47,138 bases of DNA, taken from positions 1-47,138 of the forward strand of contig CAYOPU010000001.1 of assembly GCA_964405915.1 (NCBI GenBank). Reading direction: 5' to 3'. Positions 44,252 to 47,138 of this stretch are shown here, piece by piece (position 1 is the stretch's first letter; each line of letters begins with the position of its first letter). The stretch is from an uncultured Smithella sp. GTDB lineage: Bacteria; Desulfobacterota; Syntrophia; Syntrophales; Smithellaceae. The notes under the pieces were generated by a model, which saw only the letters and a list, made by a program, of their open reading frames with translations, was not told the origin of the DNA and did not search any database. The position numbers and the translations under genes are program-made.

Positions 44252-44596
44252 ATGCTTGACTATATCAAACAGCATGAACGCTGCGTCGCGGAACTGCTGG
44301 GAGCGAATTCGGAACGTGACGTACAAGGCGAGTTTCTAGCCTATCATGACAAACAAATTTTATGGATACAGCATGAAAGACTGGCCCATCTGATTACCAT
44401 GATGTTTGTCTGCCTTTTCTTTTTTCTGGCCTTCGGTTTTACGATGATTCATTTTATGTTTCCCTGCATTCTTCTTACGGCATTACTTCTGATTCTGACG
44501 GTTGCCTATATTCTTCATTATTACCGGCTCGAAAACAGCTTACAACGGTGGTATTTATTATCCAACCGGATTAGAACAAAGATGCTTCAGGACTAA
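44252..44596 (+). CDS. hypothetical small membrane protein
   Basis: 114 aa with RBS AAAGGA. Two hydrophobic helices in the second half. No recognisable family. Confidence 0.55.
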   Translation: MLDYIKQHERCVAELLGANSERDVQGEFLAYHDKQILWIQHERLAHLITMMFVCLFFFLAFGFTMIHFMFPCILLTALLLILTVAYILHYYRLENSLQRWYLLSNRIRTKMLQD

Positions 44597-44645
44597 GTAA
44601 TATGAAGCGGCATCACGTGATTTTTATTCGGAGTTAACGACGTTC

Positions 44646-45092
44646 ATGAAGGTCATATCCATTGTAGGAACCAAGAAGACGGGCAAAACCACTCTTGTGG
44701 GTATGCTGGTTAGTTCTTTGGCCAGATACGGCAAGGTTGGAACAATCAAAAATATGGCTACGCATCCCGTGGATCATGGCGATACCAGGCGTCACTTCGA
44801 TGCCGGGGCGGATGTGGTGATCGGCCTTGGCGAAGCCAGGATAAAGGTGACCCGGGAATGCGGTGATTTGGCTTCAGCCTTGGCGGATCTTCAGACTGAG
44901 GGGGTTCACTATGCCGTTGTCGAAGGTTTCAAACACAGCAATCTTCCCAAACTCGTGATGGCTGACATTGAGGTGTCTGAATGCATCAGAAGAGTGTCGT
45001 TTTCCGAGTTGAATGACGATTTGATCTCTGACCTTACAAATCTGGTTTTGGGCATGGACGATTATCAGGCTGATTCCCCTCGATCAAGGTGA
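44646..45092 (+). CDS. mobB: molybdopterin-guanine dinucleotide biosynthesis adapter protein MobB-like P-loop protein
   Basis: MKVISIVGTKKTGKTTL (Walker A). The size and the later VEGFKHS motif are typical of MobB. Confidence 0.8.
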   Translation: MKVISIVGTKKTGKTTLVGMLVSSLARYGKVGTIKNMATHPVDHGDTRRHFDAGADVVIGLGEARIKVTRECGDLASALADLQTEGVHYAVVEGFKHSNLPKLVMADIEVSECIRRVSFSELNDDLISDLTNLVLGMDDYQADSPRSR

Positions 45093-45146
45093 CATCAACG
45101 CCAATCCATCCTTCTTTGAAAAAACATGACGACAGGCTTTTTCTCT

Positions 45147-45175
45147 TTGACCTTGATGAATATTTTTAATATAGT
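45147..45175 (+). promoter_or_regulatory. near-consensus sigma70-type promoter upstream of a 61-aa ORF
   Basis: TTGACC (45147-45152), 17-nt spacer, TATAGT (45170-45175). Confidence 0.55.
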
Positions 45176-45221
45176 CAACCCTATATTTTACCGGTAATAA
45201 CAAGAAAGGAGCATCAGCATC

Positions 45222-45407
45222 ATGGTCGATACAAACACCCCCTATATTGACAATTCAGGAAACGTCATCGTTCCATTCAATGCCGACCCTAAATACCACT
45301 TCTGGAATGGCGGACAGTCTTTATCCGCTACTTTGGTGGAAATTAATGCGACTGAAAAAATATGGAAGAAACATAGCGAGAAGCCGTATCCTGGGCATGC
45401 TGCTTAG
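45222..45407 (+). CDS. hypothetical 61-aa protein
   Basis: It has its own strong promoter candidate and a GGAG about 10 nt upstream of the ATG. The sequence MVDTNTPYIDNSGNVIVPFNADPKYHFWNGGQSL... is not a family I recognise. Confidence 0.5.
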   Translation: MVDTNTPYIDNSGNVIVPFNADPKYHFWNGGQSLSATLVEINATEKIWKKHSEKPYPGHAA

Positions 45408-45678
45408 GACGAAGGTTCTTTGCCGATATTGATGATGTCTGGAAAAATACACATAGGATTCTTTAAAAGATGCAGGATGTCCATTGATGAACCTGGCGCA
45501 CGGGCATAGCGTGAAGGAATCTCATGACGCCGTTATTGAGATTTGGCGGATGATGCATCCACGCTTCCAAGAGCCGCTGGAAGAAACGATGGGGAAGAAG
45601 ATCGATTACAAAATTCCTTATTGACAGCATGTCTTTTCAGTATTACTAAAACGGGTAAGAAACAAGGGAGCGTATTTT

Positions 45679-46650
45679 ATGATTATCGTAACCGGCGGCG
45701 CAGGCTTTATCGGCAGCGCCTTTGTCTGGAAGCTCAATCAGGAAGGCATTGAAGATATCATCATTGTCGATCGCCTGGGAACGACAGATAAATGGAAAAA
45801 TCTGGTGAATCTCCGTTTTGAGGATTACATTGATAAAGATGATTTTTTTCAGATGATTTGCGACGACGATCTGCCTTTTGAAGTCCGTGGTGTCGTGCAC
45901 ATGGGCGCCTGTTCTTCGACGACCGAGCGGGATGCGGACTATCTATGGGAAAATAACTTTCTCTACACAAGAACATTGGCTGAGTGGGCCATCAAGCGCG
46001 GCGTCCGCTTTATCTACGCCAGTTCCGCCGCGACGTACGGCGACGGGAAACAGGGTTTTTCCGATGACCTCACTAGAATAAAGGCACTGAAGCCCATCAA
46101 TATGTATGGTTACTCCAAACAGGTGTTCGATGTGTGGGTGCTGCGCCATCAACTGGAAAACAAAATGGCCGGGGTTAAATTTTTTAATGTCTTCGGCCCC
46201 AATGAATACCATAAAGGCGACATGACCAGCGTTATTTTTAAAGCATTTCATCAGATTCGTGAAACAGGCAAGGTTCGCCTCTTCAAATCCTATCTGTCCC
46301 AGTATCCCGATGGCGGCCAGCTGCGGGATTTTGTGTATGTTAAAAATTGTATCAATGTCCTTTGGTGGCTTATGCAGAACCCGTCGGTAAACGGTATCTT
46401 CAATCTGGGAACGGGCAGGGCGAGAACTTGGAATGACCTGATTTCCTCGGTTTTTGCCGCGACGGGCGTTCAACCGAATATAGAATATATTGAAATGCCC
46501 GAATCGCTGCGCAATCAGTATCAGTATTTTACGCAGGCGGAAATGAACAAACTCAAAGCGGCAGGCTGTCCGGTAGATTTTTCAACGCTTGAGGATTCCG
46601 TGCGTGATTACGTGGGAAATTATCTGCAAAAACCGGATCCGCACCTGTAA
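45679..46650 (+). CDS. hldD: ADP-L-glycero-D-manno-heptose 6-epimerase
   Basis: MIIVTGGAGFIGS, YASSAATYG, YGYSK and FNLGTGRA. Colinear with E. coli HldD/RfaD as I recall it. Confidence 0.95.
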   Translation: MIIVTGGAGFIGSAFVWKLNQEGIEDIIIVDRLGTTDKWKNLVNLRFEDYIDKDDFFQMICDDDLPFEVRGVVHMGACSSTTERDADYLWENNFLYTRTLAEWAIKRGVRFIYASSAATYGDGKQGFSDDLTRIKALKPINMYGYSKQVFDVWVLRHQLENKMAGVKFFNVFGPNEYHKGDMTSVIFKAFHQIRETGKVRLFKSYLSQYPDGGQLRDFVYVKNCINVLWWLMQNPSVNGIFNLGTGRARTWNDLISSVFAATGVQPNIEYIEMPESLRNQYQYFTQAEMNKLKAAGCPVDFSTLEDSVRDYVGNYLQKPDPHL

Positions 46651-46791
46651 AAAGAGGTTCAAAAAGTTATTTACAGGCGCGCTGTCCCGTTAATGAAGGA
46701 ATATCTGGGGCGATGGCTATTGTTTAAGTGCTTGTAAATATACGGTAAATAATGTTCTGAAAAATAATCATACAATAATGAAAATTTCTTC

Positions 46792-46820
46792 TTGACAGTT
46801 TTGAAAGCAGGGAGTAGAAG
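46792..46820 (+). promoter_or_regulatory. candidate rRNA operon promoter P1
   Basis: TTGACA, 17-nt spacer, TAGAAG, with an A/T-rich UP-like tract immediately upstream. Confidence 0.45.
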
Positions 46821-46947
46821 TCCACTTCTGTTCGTCAGAGATGTTCTTGAAGGTAGTTGAAGTTTTCAACATGTTCACCGATGGTAGAACTCGAAGTTGT
46901 CGGATGATTCCTGGTTACTGACGTAACAAAAAAATTGAAAATTAAGC

Positions 46948-46976
46948 TTGACAGGAAAATCAAACTGATTTAAATG
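46948..46976 (+). promoter_or_regulatory. candidate rRNA operon promoter P2
   Basis: TTGACA, 17-nt spacer, TAAATG, preceded by the A-rich tract CAAAAAAATTGAAAATTAAG. It lies about 150 nt upstream of the 16S 5' end. Confidence 0.45.
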
Positions 46977-47103
46977 TCAAAGCTCGTTTCAAGAAGGCTC
47001 TTTGGAAATTGAATAGTGGGAAAATGAATTTGTGGGTCCTATTAATTTATTGAAATGTCAAGCGAGTTTAATAAGAAAGAGAAATCTTTCTTTACAGGAT
47101 TAA

Positions 47104-47138
<35 letters not shown>

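Noticed and set aside
45543-45752. Track ORF 45543..45752(+) and 45646..45900(-) overlapping the hldD start region.
   Set aside because: They use non-ATG starts, have no RBS, overlap the strongly supported hldD gene or its promoter region, and have no recognisable motifs.

Overview
47.1-kb chromosomal segment that reads as ordinary core genome of an anaerobe. The organism guess is Desulfobacterota/deltaproteobacterium-like. It is an inference from gene content: Tat-exported redox proteins, a minimal SufC/SufBD pair, a CHASE2 Ser/Thr kinase module, B12-dependent acyl-CoA mutase and many acyl-CoA enzymes. I call 47 protein-coding genes, one of them 5'-truncated. The window starts inside a reverse-strand rfbD that runs off the left edge and is therefore missing from the ORF track. 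It ends in the first ~35 nt of a 16S rRNA gene, which is preceded by an AT-rich leader with two candidate tandem promoters. Many long ORFs in the track are antisense shadows or over-extended 5' ends, and I corrected starts where an RBS or an ATGA overlap supports it. I saw no CRISPR array, tRNA, transposase, integrase or recognisable defence system. Observations worth follow-up: (1) a 51-bp palindromic element present twice (48/51 identical) brackets a divergent small-alarmone-hydrolase / PHP-phosphoesterase pair; (2) an acetyl-CoA hydrolase/transferase domain is fused to a Pat-type GNAT domain two genes downstream of an acyl-CoA ligase carrying a PX4GK lysine motif, with an ACT protein, an internally duplicated Cys-motif protein and a Tat-signal flavodoxin/ferredoxin in the same gene string; (3) the acyl-CoA mutase has isobutyryl-CoA-mutase-type (Phe/Gln) rather than methylmalonyl-type (Tyr/Arg) specificity residues and comes with its G-protein chaperone and adenosyltransferase; (4) a tightly coupled operon links an L,D-transpeptidase, an exported VanX-type peptidase, a DAACS symporter and a Cys-rich Fe-S protein; (5) an RluA-family pseudouridine synthase gene has lost its start codon and lies in frame directly behind the SufBD stop; (6) an exported zinc phospholipase-C-like protein sits in a small cluster of exported proteins. 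All functional calls come from motif recognition by eye, and no database search was possible.
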